Assembly: GCA_951406725.2 (NCBI GenBank)
Contig: OX597816.1
Location: forward strand, 99,510,001 to 99,574,000
Source: Octopus vulgaris
Taxonomy: Eukaryota
DNA: 64,000 bases
Direction of reading: 5' to 3'
Position numbers and translations under genes: made by a program. How positions within the stretch are numbered: position 1 is the first letter of the stretch; each line of letters starts with the position of its first letter. The notes below the pieces were generated by a model that was not told the origin of the DNA, searched no databases, and saw only the letters and a program-made list of their open reading frames with translations. This document shows positions 63,541-64,000 of the stretch, piece by piece.

Positions 63541-64000
63541 GTTATATAGAACTACACAGTTCAATACTACATCTATTCAATACAGCAGATATCATATGGA
63601 ACTACAATTCAGCAGTATATCCAAATAATCTTACTATCTGCATATGTATAAAGCTTATATGTGAATATGTGTATGTGTGTGTACATATGTCATCCCTGCT
63701 CAAGCAACCTTATTATCAAAGGTTTTCTAGCCATTACCACATTATTTAATGTTCCCTTCTGCATTGAAGGCAGTAGGGTTTGATTAGGGAGATTTGGCTA
63801 CTATTACTAGCAAATTGAATGGCTACACAAGGGTCGACCTTTATTAGTTCATGTGTATATATGATTGTTTATATGTGTGAGTTTTCTTATAAATGAATTT
63901 TTTTAAATATAGAATACTAGACAGTATTTAATACCATCTTTCTGTATCCTGAGATCAAATTTTGTTGGGTGACAGAGGTCAACAAGTTCCAGGATTGTTC

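Overview
This is AT-rich, microsatellite-dense animal DNA with no multi-exon host gene recognisable. The SINE and LINE families point to an octopus (coleoid cephalopod) intron or intergenic region; the taxon is inferred, not proven. The only intact coding sequence is a young, apparently full-length RTE-clade LINE on the minus strand (about 11.2-17.1 kb). Its ~1035-1057 aa APE-endonuclease/RT ORF carries a C4HC3 PHD finger inside the RT thumb. Its 3' UTR is expanded into six ~333-bp hairpin-rich tandem units. Its 5' leader has a Pro-rich upstream ORF that could join the main ORF by splicing or, before a 65-bp duplication, by stop read-through. The rest is decayed TEs: maT (DD37D) and mariner DNA transposons, hAT-like MITEs, several Penelope-like elements, CR1-like and other RTE remnants, and at least three tRNA-derived SINE families. 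There is also a young 364-bp non-autonomous RTE derivative with a 9-bp TSD, several long fold-back hairpins, and two candidate microexons. All family assignments come from motif recognition by eye, without database searches.
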